Source of the DNA: Takakia lepidozioides
Taxonomy: Eukaryota > Plantae > Bryophyta
Direction: 5' to 3'
Assembly (NCBI GenBank): GCA_030704615.1
Contig: CM060733.1
Span: 24,986,001 to 25,050,000 of the forward strand
DNA length: 64,000 bases
The notes under the pieces are model-generated. The model saw only the letters and a list, made by a program, of their open reading frames with translations, had not been told where the DNA came from and did not search any database. The first letter of the stretch is position 1; each line of letters starts with the position of its first letter. The position numbers and the translations under genes are program-made. Positions 11,401-25,487 of the stretch are shown here, piece after piece.

Positions 11401-13084
11401 CAAGAGACTAGACAAAGCACCTGAAGCTTCCAAGAGACTTATTGTCTCTTACAAACTCCCGCTCGCCCTGCAGAACGTTGATCTCCACACTTGTTTGATT
11501 GTCAGCTGCAGTAGAGAAGACCTGCAAATTTACACTCTCAGTATCACATATCAATCTCACACCATCTGAACCAGGACCAATGGAAACAAACATCTCTCTC
11601 GTGACACCACGACACCGAAGGTGTCATTTTCAAAAGAGAACACATTCATGAATGGTTAGATACAGCGCATTCATGTCACCATTACAAGGAAAAATATGAC
11701 CCCACAATCGTAATGGACGAGACTGGATATTGAGATATTGCCTCTTTCTTGGAGGTAGGAAGAGTCGTGTTTCGGGGAATGAGTTTCGTCATTACACCAC
11801 CCAATATGCTGCAGCCACTAAGGTGTGATAGAATGCCCAATACCACTTTTCAAACTGTCACTGACATGTTGCATCACGGATGGCAGCAGACCTTCCATAG
11901 CAGCTCTCCCTATCCGGTGCCAGAGGGAAACCCAAACTGGCCAACCCACTTGATGTGCTGGCTGACTGCAAACCTCCAAGGGGTGTCTGTAGTACCTGTT
12001 CACAAGAAAAATTTCATTCATGCTCATGGTTCCTAATTGGTTACCTGAACAGCAGCACCAAGGGCAACAACTTCATCGGGGTTGACTGTAGCATTGGGTT
12101 CTTTCTGGGTCATTTCCTTAACCACCCGTTGCACTCCTGGGATGCGAGTGGAACCCCCCACCAGCACAACTTCTTGCAGGTCCTTTGACTTCAACTTAGC
12201 ATCATCAAGTGCCTTATGTACTGGTTCCCGGAGTCTGTGAATGGCAACACATACTATGCTTCAGCAAAGTTGTGTAGGATGGGAGAGAGTCAATTTACTA
12301 CTGAGCCGACAGGAAAGAGAGTGTGGGAATTTAACCTGTCAAAGAGATCAGAAGAAAGCTCCTCAAATTTGGCGCGTGTGAGCACTGTATCACTATGCTT
12401 GGGCCCCTCTGCTGTCGCTGTTATAAATGGCAGGCTGCAACCCCCCTTTACACACATCAGAAACCATGCCTAAGACCCCTTTCAATTGATATCAGAATGG
12501 TATTCTTTCCCCTCAAATTGATCTGTAATGGAACCCCAAAACCAGCAATCCCATACATAGATGATGAAGATGAGCAGGAACTATAGATCAGCAAAGACAG
12601 AATAGATTCCAAACTTGTTCACACCTTGCCAAGATTCCACCGGAGTCTCATTATAGGCAGGACAAGAGAAGGAGAAAGGGTTTTGGTCTTCAGAGAGAAG
12701 CAAAGGAACGAAAAGGAACTTTATAATGTCCATAGGAAAGAGGGAAAGAGAGAAACTCCATAACATCCACAGGAAGCTCATAAGCTATGGGATGGAAGAA
12801 AACAGAATACAAGAAAGAAAGTGGGGCCCCAACAAGCAGCCCAAAAACAACAAGAGATTCTGTAAAGTGAAGAGCCTTGTATAGATATCTGGTTTCTGGT
12901 GTTTATAGTGAAAGACCTCAGCAAAGGATTGGTTGATAATAATATCGACTTGGATCTCACGGTAGAGGACAATGACGGAAAGCGGTTTGTCACTCTCTGT
13001 CTCCCCTCTGTTATCTCTAGATCAAGCAGGGCATAAGTGGTCAGCATGCTCCAGGTTCATTCTCTGGAAGAAATGAAATCGTTA

Positions 13085-13700
13085 AGAAAGGAAATGAAAT
13101 GAAATGGTACTTTATAACGTCCGCGGAAGCTCAAAGAGCTTATGGGACAAAATGGAAAAACAAGAGAGAGGAAACAAAACCAGAGCCAAAAAACAGCCCA
13201 AAAGCAACAACTGCTCAAGGGATTGTCTAAGGGTCAAGGCCTTGTGCAGGTAAGCTCCCAAGCATTTCTGATCCTCATAGTGGAAGACTTCAGTGAGAGA
13301 TTGAGTTCCACGGAATAGACAGTGGAATCTCCCACGGATCTCATAATATAGAGGGCAATGAAAGAAGAAGTGTTCTTCAGTTTCAATTTCCTGGTTGCGC
13401 CGGTGCAAACTGGGCATAGGCGGTCCTCCCGTTGCAGGTTTTCCCATCTACCAATCTCTATCCCTAGATTGTGGGAGCCCACCCTGAACCGCCCCAATGC
13501 CCTCAGGAGGGAAGGAGATAAAGGTGCCGAAAGGTAATTGGCCCGCAAGATTCTATCAGCACGGAGAACCAAGAATGTCTCTCGATAGAAATGGAGTTTT
13601 GTTGTGAGATTGGGTAGCTTCCAAGTTCTCCTGACATGTAGTTCCATAAGTTCCCTTCTAATGAGTCTGTTGAGAAAGAAAGAAAGAAAGTTCTAGGGGG
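13085..13700 (-). mobile_element. LINE 3' fragment (RTEX/L2-like, family A) in an HSP70 intron
   Basis: Encodes RFRVGSHNLGIEIGRW...RLCPVC...ETEEHFFFHCPLY (C-terminal CCHC region) and ends in an ATAAAG...(CATTT)n tail. The same tail recurs at 27340-27400. Confidence 0.8.
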
Positions 13701-14450
13701 TCTGACCACCTGAGGTACAACCAAACCACTTCAAACAACATCAAACGAGGCCCAAAGGTGAAATATTTACTGCAATCACAAGAGTGAGAGGAAGAGGAAG
13801 AAATCAGTGTGCATCCCCTCGAAAGGTAAGGGGTCCACGTGTCCATGAGAAGGGAGAGGAAACCTGATAGTTGTTTGAGGGACTTGAGGACAACTCGAAT
13901 TTGGCTTTCTCAGCAGCCTCGGTTAGTCTCTGAAGAGCTTGGGGGTCATTGCGCAAATCTACACCCTCGGCATTTTTGAATTCATGTGCCAAGTGATCCA
14001 CTATTCTCTGCACATGTGTATCGTAATCATCTTATCTCAAACCTCCACAACTATCACTGGAGCAACCAGAACCGAATTTACAAACCAGAAAAATGTTACC
14101 ACCTGAGTAGCAAATCTCATGCTTATAACCTGTTTCCAGAAAGCAAAAGCAAGGGAAAAGAAGTGAATGGATACAATGCTCAACCCAAGTATACTGCCAG
14201 CGGGTCAAGCAGTGTGAGGGTAATCGACCTTATCGAAGTCATCGCCACCCAGGTGTGTGTCGCCTGCAGTGGACAGCACTTCAAACACTCCATCCCCTAC
14301 ATCCAACACTGCCACCCCACAACTTGTCCACATGGAAATGGAAATGAGCCCTGCTGCAAGGATTATTGAGTACCTGACAATATTGTATTGGAAATGTGAA
14401 TGGAAGTCTCTCCGAGCGTGTTGAAAACAAGAGAAAATTGAGAAATTCTA

Positions 14451-14708
<258 letters not shown>

Positions 14709-16554
14709 TCACCCAGGGGGACTGATACATTGAAACATTCCAACAACTGAATACTGTTGTCTGAAAGGAGAACATCCTCCAACCTCCAATCTGAATTGGG
14801 CTTCTCAATAATACTTACTGCAGCTTCCCAACCTGATGATCCTAGTGAATTTGCTGCATGTTTAAGGAATAAATCAATCATTCAGAGTCTGGAGGCACCT
14901 ACTACTACATAATAGCAAACTACACTCCTAGGATGCGGGTATTCAAATCAACATGTTTACTCTGAGAACCTTTGCTATGTACTTCTCTCTGACACAATTT
15001 CTGCTCATATGTATTAATTTTCATGGATATGGCCCTACTCAATCTCATATGGTATTAAAGCCAGAGAATAGAGAGGTGGTCTTCAGGTGACAATGTCACG
15101 TACCAGCAATGCGGCCAGCATCCTTTGTTGCCTGACGCTGGCTGTCGTCGAAGTAGGCTGGCACAGTGATCACAGCCTTGTTAATTGGATTATTCAAAAA
15201 CTTGGAACCATCATCCACCAGCTTTCTCAAGACCTGCACATACACCAGTGTATTTCCTTTTATGTGACAAAACTTGTCTCAAATGGCTTGGTGAAGGCCA
15301 GGATTTTCCCTTCCCTGTCAAAAAGTCAAGAGATCACAACCATCCTTCTATCCCTTTGTTAGCCTTTCCTAACACTAGCGTCCAGAAGAGAATGTCACTG
15401 TATTCAGAGAATCTACCTGATCGAAAACCTGAATCGCCCCACATCCTTTGACCATGTTTCTGTATGTTGCTCTCTAAATGCATCTTACTACAATTCTTTT
15501 TAATCTTGTGCTGAATTTGAAACAGATCCCAACTTCCCTCATGTGATCTCTCCACTGTTAAATCAGCAAGTTGACCAGGAGGTTCACACGGAAACAGAGA
15601 TGACTAACCTATTTTCTGCCACTGAAACGAACCATGCTTTTCTCTAATACTGGTCAGTTATTCCTACTGGTGATGAATACAAACCTGTGCGGAGATCTCT
15701 TCAGGGAAAACTTTTTACCAATCGCTGGGCACACCAGTTTCACATTGCCATCGGTATCCGCGACCACATTGTAAGTTACCTGTTTAGCCTCATCTTTGAC
15801 TTCATTCATTTTCCGACCGATGAAGCGTTTCACTGAATAGAACGTGTTCTGGGGGTTGACCACTGCCTGCTTGTCACAAGTCAACTGAGAGTCAGAACTC
15901 CCTTTCTCACCCTTCATCTGGAGAGATCCTAGTATCAACAACCCCTGTTCAACAAGTAACACAGAATCAGCTGCAACCACATAAGAGAGCGACTCTGAGC
16001 TCACCTGGCGCTTGGCAATCTGACCCACTAATCGGTCACCCTTCTTTGTGTATGCAACCACCTACAAAGAGCAACGAAGGGCACATCAAAGAGAAGTCAG
16101 ACTCATCTTGTAATTCAGATTGTTTGATTGAGCTATGGGCTGGGATCACCGATCATTCAATGGTCTAAAAACTACAGGGGTTGTTGTCAATGTTAAGCAA
16201 ATAATGCAATTACAGAAGACTGAACAAGTCAGATTGTTAGCTTCCTGCTCATCATGCTTTCATGAAAATTCCAGTTGTTCACCCTTAATGCCAATAATCT
16301 GGTCATGCGTTGGTCATCAAAGGAGCCACACATTATCCTAGGTATCTTGCATTCCCATGAACAGGAAATCTGTAAGAACTACAAGATATATATTCTCCTA
16401 CATATATTATCCTAGATTAAAGATATATATATGAGACAGAACTGGAGCTGATGTCAGTCACTAGAAGAAAAAATTGTTCTTTCAAATTCAGCAAAAGAAC
16501 CCAAAGGATCCAGGGACACAAGAACTACAGGAAAAATGTACACCCTTGGCACTG

Positions 16555-17030
16555 AAGAAGATGTACTCATGAGTTGTTGTTTGTCGTAGCCTTGTGGGAA
16601 CAAGAGGGAACGGACACTACCTTAGGCTCACTGGACTTACCTTAGTATAAGCAATTGGTTTGGGCTTTCCAGATTTCCCCTAGAAATCCCTTGATACAAG
16701 CATCAATCTGCTGTCAGCAATTTGACCCTAGCAGGGCCAGGGCTTTAGGCTAAGTAGCCTCGAGATTGTGAAAGTTGGTGAACAGAGGAGCAGGGACTAT
16801 GTTCCCGAGGGTCCAGAAGAGGGCCACTCTCTCATGATAATACCCTGGACACTATCAGAAAATGGATATTGTCTTCAGACCGCCCGCACATGGGGCCTTG
16901 ACCATCTCCACAAAGGTAGACTCCCTGCTGAGTTTAACTTTCAGTCTAGTGCCCATGGTAGATAGGCCTTTAAGGTCCTCACCCATTCCACAAACTGCAG
17001 GGAAGTTTTATGCCTAACTTCGTTTTGGCA
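16555..17030 (-). mobile_element. Degenerate 3' fragment of RTEX-like LINE family B
   Basis: Reverse complement aligns by eye with 32210-32775 (GAAGTTAGGCA..., GGCACTAGACTGAAA, CAGCAGATTGATGCTTGT, ATGAGTACA). Confidence 0.75.
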
Positions 17031-17044
17031 CTAAAGAGAAATCA

Positions 17045-17272
<228 letters not shown>

Positions 17273-18408
17273 TCAACTTCCACTGCTGCATGGTTCCCTT
17301 GCCTTCATCATTGATCTTTGCTTCAATCAGTCAAACAGTGCATACAACAATATCAGGCCAATCGCTCTGTGGTCTGTCTTGCCTGATACAACTAAACCCC
17401 CGTTACAACCAGAAATTGGATTGAAGCAAGTACCCAAAGCATGCTATCAACGGATTGACATTTATCTAGTGATTGCAATGAGCAAGTTGACTCTCAACTA
17501 CATCTAATATTAAAATCCATGAATCAGTGTTGTTCAACCATCTGATTGAGTGTCATACACTATATACATATAAGAATTCAAGAATGTTTGCCAATACCCT
17601 ACATTGCTGTTAGATTCGACACAAATTAATTATATTTTGGGTTGTTGAAATTTTTGAATTAACTCAAGTGATATGTCTAAAAATCCAGAAATATTACATA
17701 TAACTCAGCTTGTCCAAGAGTAAGAAAATTTCTACTTGAACTGCTTGATCGTCGCAGAGGGCGCATGCAGCCTCTAAAGATGCGGAGCTCATATTGCAAG
17801 CTTGTATCGCAGGTGGCGAAAATTTTCAATCCTAAATCCTGGAGTATAAAATATGAGGTGCCGAATAGACTGAGCCTCTATAATTATTTCGGCACTGTGC
17901 TCATGTCGAATCTGACAGCAACGTACGGTAGCTTGGCAAATAAACTGCAGCAGAGGAGTTAACAATAAAAAATTCATCTGGTTCCTGAGAACATCATAAT
18001 GTATGGAGATCAGTATCAGTGTGTTATGTCTAGAATTTAAAAGCCAATTGGGCAAAAAGAACCTCGAGATGAGGAGGATGTATTTGTTGGAGGCATTTAT
18101 GAAGCATGGAGGATCGCACTAGCTGCATGATAATCATGGCAAATGTAGTAGAGTTTTTTTTATTGTAGATGAGGCTTTCCCCCAGAAGTTATTTGGTGGG
18201 GTACGAGACAATGATACAAGTTTTTTCTCCCTTGCCAATGTGGCCGAGCTTTATATACAGCCCTTACTCATGGTAAATGGATATGCAAATCTACCAATGG
18301 GCTTACTAGAAATGAAAATCGTCCAATTAAACTAACATTGGATACCAACACGTTGCATATTTGATGAGTCTAACTGATTTCCATTACGATGTTTCCAAAC
18401 ATCACATA

Positions 18409-19154
18409 CCGTAGTGGAAGGGCAGATTCACAAATTAAATTAAAAAAAAGTGCCTAAGCAAATCTGTGATTTTTTTAAAAATATTTATGCCTAAAAGGCT
18501 GGAAAAATAACATGAAAGTGCCTAATTCAATAAATATTCTCTAAACTCTGTATAATTTTTATTGAATGCAAAAAAACAAACAAAAAAAATCTCCATAAAT
18601 ATTCAAAAAAAATAGGCCAATTCCCTAGGTCCATACAACCTCCATAGGACCTTCCAATGAGTCCCGAACATGCTGCAATGTTCATCATTGAATTCTTGAT
18701 CACCGTTCAAGTTAGGTATATCTGAGTCTTCGATGTGCACTGAAAACTATTAAGCAAGAGTAGGTGTATACTCATTACCTTGTGTGGTGAGTGTGTTTGG
18801 GCCAGGGTTTAGCTTGCGGCTAAAAGCTGCGCCTGACTCGGCTTGCCCCACACGGAGGTCCTCCACTGTTAGCCATCTCCACATCTACGTCCGTACCGTG
18901 TACTCTGCTCTCTGACGCCATCTCCATTACAAAAGAGAGAGTATTGTTGCGAAGGACACTAAGGTTTGTCTTGGGAAAGAAGAGGGAGGGGATGAAAGGA
19001 GAGAGTTCCTTAAGATGAAAGGTGACTAAACATGAGAAATCATGGATGACGTATGCCTAATGTATATAAATTCTTTTTGAAAGTGCCTAAAGAGAATATT
19101 CCAGATTTAATAATTATTAGGCACTCAAGTGCCTAATCTGCCCTTCCACTACGG
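18409..19154. mobile_element. Tc1/mariner-pogo-type non-autonomous element
   Basis: Perfect 20-bp TIR CCGTAGTGGAAGGGCAGATT, TA TSD on both sides and repeated subterminal AAGTGCCTAA. Confidence 0.85.
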
Positions 19155-22100
19155 TATTTTTATTTTTCATGTTCAATTTGTTGCCAACATAAATAAATAT
19201 GTCTAGGCTCAAAATTGACAATGTCAAGATCATCATTTCAAAGTGAAGTGCAATTACTCAATAATATCCATTTTAGTTTCCAGTTAATTATTTATTAAGA
19301 AAATATCTTTAAGTTTTTTATATTTATATCATTGAAATCTATTCGAAAACTTATTACGGCACTTGAAGGTTTCAAGTTAGCACATGAATGATGGCATCTA
19401 AAAGCAGTCGTGTAACATAAGGAAATAAAATATTTAGCATGATATGATATTTAGGAACACCGAGCATATTCTTCATTTGGAATCTAGCATTTATTCATCA
19501 TTATCTCGTGTCACTACTAAGTGGAAATGATATCAATCTTGAAAAATTTCTAACACCAACCCCTCGCAATTGCCAATACGTATTCAAAAATCTCAAGTTA
19601 AATTTTTTACATATCATTGTGAGTGCAGTTTTTAAATAAATTTTGCTACGTGTCAAAGGGACTACCAAACCTACCACCATAAATACAATAGTACTTGAAA
19701 ATATAAATGCATATTATGGTTGTTACAAAACCACGAAAAAAAGAAAATCACTTCATATTCACATATTACTACAGTTAGAAAATGCCCGAGATCAGACCTA
19801 CCACCACAAATATAAGAGTACTTGGAAATATAAACGCATACTAAGAAACCGCGAAAAATGGGTTAATTTTATGTGCACACATTACTATGGTTAGAAAATG
19901 CTTCAGATCCAAATGATATCGTACCAAAAATAAGACAGGACGAATTCAAACACAAAACGTTAGCATATTTGAATGAAATCATAATACATAATCTGATTTT
20001 ATTTAAATAAAAGTAACTATTGACAACGATATTCCAAGTACTATCATTGATTGGGAAATGAAGAGACATTGCAAAAATTTAAATTTATCATTGTACTAGT
20101 AGACCGCCCAATTTAAATTATAACACATTTTAAGACGACTTTACGCATAACGTTTCAAAATTGTTGAATGCGTGTAATGTTGCGTGCAACTACAAAACCA
20201 ATGAACATATTTTTTTAAAGAAGTATAAATATGGTTTATGTATGGTCCTGGTAGATGAAATATATTTCGATGATGAAATTGGACTACTACATATAAAACG
20301 AACTAATAGATGGTTGAAGTACAACATTAATTCACGGATTTTAGTGTTGGATAGATGCAACCATGATTTAAAATTCATTCGTGCGTTAGCAAATAAACAA
20401 AGCTAACGAGAGTTCAAACAAACAAATCACACAAAATCCAATGCGAATTGATGCAAAATGACCAGCGATTAAATAAAGCAGCCATGCCCTAGCCCACCAT
20501 CAAAAGTTAGAAAAACTTCGAAGTGGCTTATGGAGAATGCCAATAATTACTTGTATGCGTCTATAGTAGAGAAAGAACATGATAATCATTTGTGGTTTGG
20601 TTTATATTTCAACTGTCATGAAATGCAACGTCATCGATCGTTCGATTGTCCCAGGGGAGTGAAGCGCGTAGCTGCAGCTATAATTGTATAGGTCGAAATT
20701 GAGGAAAAGATGGATATTGATGCACCTGGAACAACTACAAGCAAAGATAAACAATTGATAAGTTACATATCTTGCTCTTGAGACAAGTTGGAACATCCAA
20801 ATGCGTTTTACAACAGGTTTTCACTATAGCGGCAAAGGTGATTATCATCAAATGGATGATTGAAGATGTCACTCTAAATGGTGATTTCAATGTAATATCA
20901 TGAGCAATATTGACATTTCCACAACATTTTCGAGGAAACACGAAAACAAACTTGCAAAAGACATCACGATGGTGGACAAATCAAAACATCACATTTGATC
21001 GCGCAAACCGCTTGACTTGATAACAAAGTCGCAAAAAGAGTTTAAACTGGTAATATTGCATGGTAGTGCTTTGTTGAAGGCAATAAGTGGGTGTGGACAC
21101 AAACAATCAACATCGGTTACATGGTTATATTAGGAACTTTTAGAAGAATTTAAAAGGTTTTAAAAGATGGGTATGAAGTTCTTTTTGGCATTGCTTGGCT
21201 ATGTACGCCATTGCACGTGATATACTTAAGATATCTAACAGAAAGCCGAGACTATCAACCCCAAAGATGCTAAAAGTATCATCTATAAAATAGCTAGACT
21301 TCGTATGGGTTCAGTCTTTCATGTAGTATTAGTCAAGAAGAATGTTATATAAACGCGTCACGGGATCGTTTGGATCATTTGGTGCCCCATCTGTTCCGAG
21401 TTACGGCATGAGAGGTTTTGTAGCAGTGCTTCAACACCATTAAAGGTCCTGAGAGACCTTTCGAAAGGTTCCAGGCCTCGATTTATTTCAGTCGACCTTG
21501 CTACATGAACCTACCGTAGGTAGATGAGATGACATTCGTGTTGGGTGAGAGGCGTGTCATCAAAACAACGGATATCACTGATCACCTAATCACCCTCATG
21601 AATATGACTGCCCACTGCACTGCAGGACTTGATCAGACAAGGTTTAAAGGTCTTGCAAACATTGTAAGTGTTGCAATAGAGCTGGCAGACAGGTGCCCTG
21701 ACCTTGCATCTTTGCACAAGGAGGAGGTGGGTGTACTCCTGACATTTCTTTGAGCTTAAAGCCATTTTTGGCATACATTGAGAAGGGCGACTTTCCAGAT
21801 CAAGGTAGGATTCTCCAGAGTGGGATCAATTCACATATTTTCACTGGATAAGATATCCATCTTGGGGTGCTTCATAGGGATTCTAATTTCGGAGCCTTCA
21901 ATGAAGACTCGATAGATTAAAATATAGCTGAAACACATTTCGTTATCGACTATGATAATGGACACACCTTAGGTTTTCGAGGCGATAACACTATAAGGTA
22001 TGCTGATGTTGTCTGATCTGGTGGAGATTCTATAACTATGATTGTTCGCACAGCTACTAGGGCCGCCAAACAATCGTTGAGACCCTGATGATGAATTTCA

Positions 22101-22736
22101 CAAACAAAATATAAAGTTATCCATTCTCGTGTGTCCCTTGACAACATCTTGGATGTGTAATTACCGGACTACTAGTCCAAAAGGTTAGATATGGACATAT
22201 TTTTCCTCGTTTTTTAATGAGCCCCGTGCATACCAGGCTGATTCCTATGGTCAACAAACACATGTGCGGTATGATAATTGTGGAGGCCATAACGACTCGG
22301 AGGTCTTCGTTGAGATCCTCGCACGAAAACGAATAACATTATGTTACTTGTCATCATGTGCTATATACATGTCATTCAATCAACTAATATATGTATCATT
22401 GGCAAAATCAAAGATGTTTGGATTGCTTGATGCAGGGAGGTAAAAAATAAAAAATAAAATCATTCAAGACGAAACATGATAGAATGAGCTCAAGGAGATG
22501 GAGATTGGTCAGGGAAGCTTTTGAATCGCAACAAGCGAATTTTTCTTGGCCTATTGGCTGACAATGTACGTCAATAATCAATGTGATAGAAATGGCTTAA
22601 CCAACGGTCGTAAGGCCATGATCCGTTGTGGGCCTTTATTTACAGTTTGTAGGAAAATATGGCCAAGCACCACAACCATTTTGATGGGGAATCTATGAGT
22701 TTTGCTGTGATTACGAATACTCCAAAAAGATAGAAA

Positions 22737-23075
22737 TCTATTGGAGTTTGTTATTATAATTGCACCTTAGATAACATTATTCATTAATGGGCCAAAGAGC
22801 TTTTCTACTCCCAATTTGTTTTGCAGGATTCTTTGAGTTCTAATACCATGCTTGAGCCCCTCAAGTCCGTAATGTAGCCCTTGTTGTCCCAATCCCTAGC
22901 CTTTTTTTTTTGCTTTCTATTGGAGTCTATTATTTATTTGGGACCGAGATAACATTTTTCATTAATGCTCACCAAGGAGCTGCTTTTTTACTTCCAATCT
23001 GTTTTGTGAGTTTCTTTGACCTCAAGTAGTACCGTGCTTGAGCCCCTCAAGTACTCTACTTCAACCTAGCCTTTT
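22737..23075 (+). repeat. Diverged tandem duplication, about 180 bp x 2
   Basis: TCTATTGGAGT...GATAACATT...CATTAATG...TGCTTGAGCCCCTCAAGT occurs twice. Confidence 0.7.
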
Positions 23076-23563
23076 GTTGTCTTTTTAGACTTGCTCAAAC
23101 GGGTTTATCATTTCCTTGGCCGCCCTCAATTACTAAATATATTTGGAAATACCCCTTATGTATAAGGTATACATCAAAGAACAACCCCAAAGTTGCTACA
23201 TACCCCCTTCAAATCTGGAAAATAAGCGGACATATTAAAAATTACAAATGTATAAGCCCACACTAATACTCGTGTGAGCCCTCAAAATTGGTCTCGTATG
23301 CCCACACAAAATGTTGTACTTTGTCGCTGGGATCAAATTTAGGGATCGCAAAACGTTGCAAAAGATTGAAATTAAAATGGTATGAGTTCTAAGTTTGCAA
23401 CCGGCCTTCGTGTCACAGTCAAACGTTTCTAAAAAGCATATATACGTTTGAACGATTTTTCTGCAAAATGGCAGGTGCATTGTAATTTTGAACAATTATT
23501 TTTCTAAGAAGAGAACGGTCGGATACCCAGTAACGAATAAGGAAGGAAAACGGAAAAACTTAA

Positions 23564-24325
23564 CCCCTAAATGCCGGCACAACCTGAATTGGGTCGCAAC
23601 TGTTTTCATCCACAGAATAACTTCCGTGGATGAAAGCGGATGAAAAACTGTCTGAATGAAAAGTGAGCGCCGGAATTAACCCTTAAGTGATATATCGACC
23701 CACTTTGGGTCGGTTGGGTTAGCTTAACCAGCCATAACTTCCTGTGGTTAAGGCTGATTGGCCCTTTTTTGGGCTCAATTGACATACAATCGGGTCCCCT
23801 TCATATGGCATTGGCCAATTGGTCAATGCCTGAAGGGGTAGGGGTCTGGACCAATTGGAAGGGGGCCAACTCAGTTTTTTGAGGTAAAAAACTCTAGCAG
23901 CTATGTGGATCTTCCTTTCCCAGTGTAGTTTTTCTTCCATTGATTGCACATACAAAGGTGCCATTTTTTTTTTGAGGAATTTGGCCCTCAAATTTCTTGA
24001 GTACACCTGTAACCCTCCATGAATTGTGACTGAGTTTGTCCGGCCCCAACAAAAATCTATGTCAGGGCAAATTTACTTGGTCAAACATAATTTTTTCCTC
24101 AAAACTTCCTTGGAGTTGAAAATAACCCCCTGGTAAATTATTATTATCTCCCAAACGGAACGGACAATTCTTCGCAAATTTGCACACTACCTGCATGTAG
24201 TAGGTAACTGCCACTTAGTAAGGTTCATTTCCGTGGTTGAACTCCTATGGGCAGATATGGCGTGGGAGGTGACAGTAGGTCCCATTTTTGAGGTGGACCC
24301 CCAAAACACTCCCGGCGCTTAAGGG
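23564..24325. mobile_element. piggyBac-like non-autonomous element (with a second left end at 23680)
   Basis: TTAA|CCCCTAAATGCCGG ... CCGGCGCTTAAGGG|TTAA (TIR 11/14). Internal TTAA|CCCTTAAGTG at 23676-23689. Confidence 0.6.
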
Positions 24326-25079
24326 TTAAGATCGATTATAATGCTGTAACGTCCTTTGCTATTTAATTTTGGACACATCTCCCAAGTGTGAATATCATAT
24401 CAGGGCATCCTGACAGTCAGCCCGTCCGCCAGGACCTTCAGGCATCGAGTGCCTGTGCAGCGCCACGTGTGGGTCCTTCCACTTGCTTGAAGGCGGCAGT
24501 AGTAGTATCGCCCGGGAAATAATTTGAGTTGAACCAGCCAATGGCCCCTCATTTTGAGAACCAACCGGCTAAGTGGGTCGGGGAGTTGGTTGCTTCAATT
24601 TCCTATGTAAACTTCTTCCGTAAATTTCCCCTAAGGGGCAAACAATAGGAATAATGTAAGAACTTAATGGGCGCGTGTGTGTGTGTGTGTGTGTTCTGAC
24701 GGTACTTCGCTCCTCCAGCGGGCCCCCTGTCAAATCCTCCCCACCCCCTCTTACCTTGGTTTCACTATTAAATACTTAAGAATCGGCGAGGTTCAGGATT
24801 CGATTCTAGATGGCGGGGTTGGTGTAACCCTCTGTAACCCCGGTTTCTCTTGTAATGCTGGTTAGTCCATTTGATACTTGACCACATTTGGACTTGGTCA
24901 AATTGGGCGCCACGTCAGGGCGCCTTGGACATTCACGGGACGGTACAAGGCCGTCCTGGTGCTGACCCTTGCCGCCCAGTAAATGCCCATGAGCCCGGAA
25001 CTTCTTCACGAAATATCATTTAGTTGTCCTTCGATTGCATCCATCCAGTTTGGGCTTGTAAGGGTCCCCGTGAGGGGAG

Positions 25080-25270
25080 GGTTGCGCCGGCCAAGGAGGT
25101 AGTGCAATACCAAGGCGACGCGCGCGGGTCCGGGCAGCAAGCTGCCGGGTGGACCCGCACCCGAGAAAAATTAGATTAATATCATGAGACTCGATGAGTC
25201 TCGTATCAGATATTAAACTGATAAGAACAGATACTACACTTGATCTTAGCCAAAAGGCCGAGAAAGGTAT
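25080..25270 (-). ncRNA. U2: U2 spliceosomal snRNA
   Basis: Minus strand reads ATACCTTTCTCGGCCTTTTGGCTAAGATCAAGTGTAGTATCTGTTC (branch-point pairing GTAGTA), then stem IIa/IIb, Sm site AATTTTT, stem III and the stem-loop IV loop TATTGCACTA. The 3' end is approximate. Confidence 0.97.
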
Positions 25271-25293
25271 GCAACATACGGGAAGCGCAGCAC

Positions 25294-25339
25294 TTTATAT
25301 ACTGAGCTGGACTAGAACATTGGGCAATCGATATGGGAT
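25294..25339 (-). promoter_or_regulatory. snRNA promoter: USE plus TATA
   Basis: ATCCCATATCG (25329-25339; plant USE consensus RTCCCACATCG) and TATATAAA (25294-25301), ending 23 nt upstream of +1. Confidence 0.85.
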
Positions 25340-25409
25340 AATGGTTTTCGCTGTTGCAGGATTTCTTTTCCTGGGGAAGGCCTCCTTCGTGGGTTCCTTC
25401 GAGAGCTGT

Positions 25410-25417
25410 TAGGGTTT
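25410..25417 (-). promoter_or_regulatory. Telo-box (AAACCCTA)
   Basis: TAGGGTTT about 70 bp upstream of the CWC24 ATG. Short motif, so it could be chance. Confidence 0.45.
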
Positions 25418-25487
25418 TGGATTCCTCTCTTCTTCTTTGCTATTAGGGACAACACTTTCCTTGTTCTTCCTTTCCTCGACAGCATCC

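Noticed and set aside
20400-22700. Decayed transposase (GHTR motif near 22130)
   Set aside because: No continuous frame, termini or additional motifs to support a call.
25194-25412. 72-aa ORF (IKLIRTDTTLDLSQKAEKGM)
   Set aside because: It is the antisense translation of U2 snRNA, a well-known spurious ORF.
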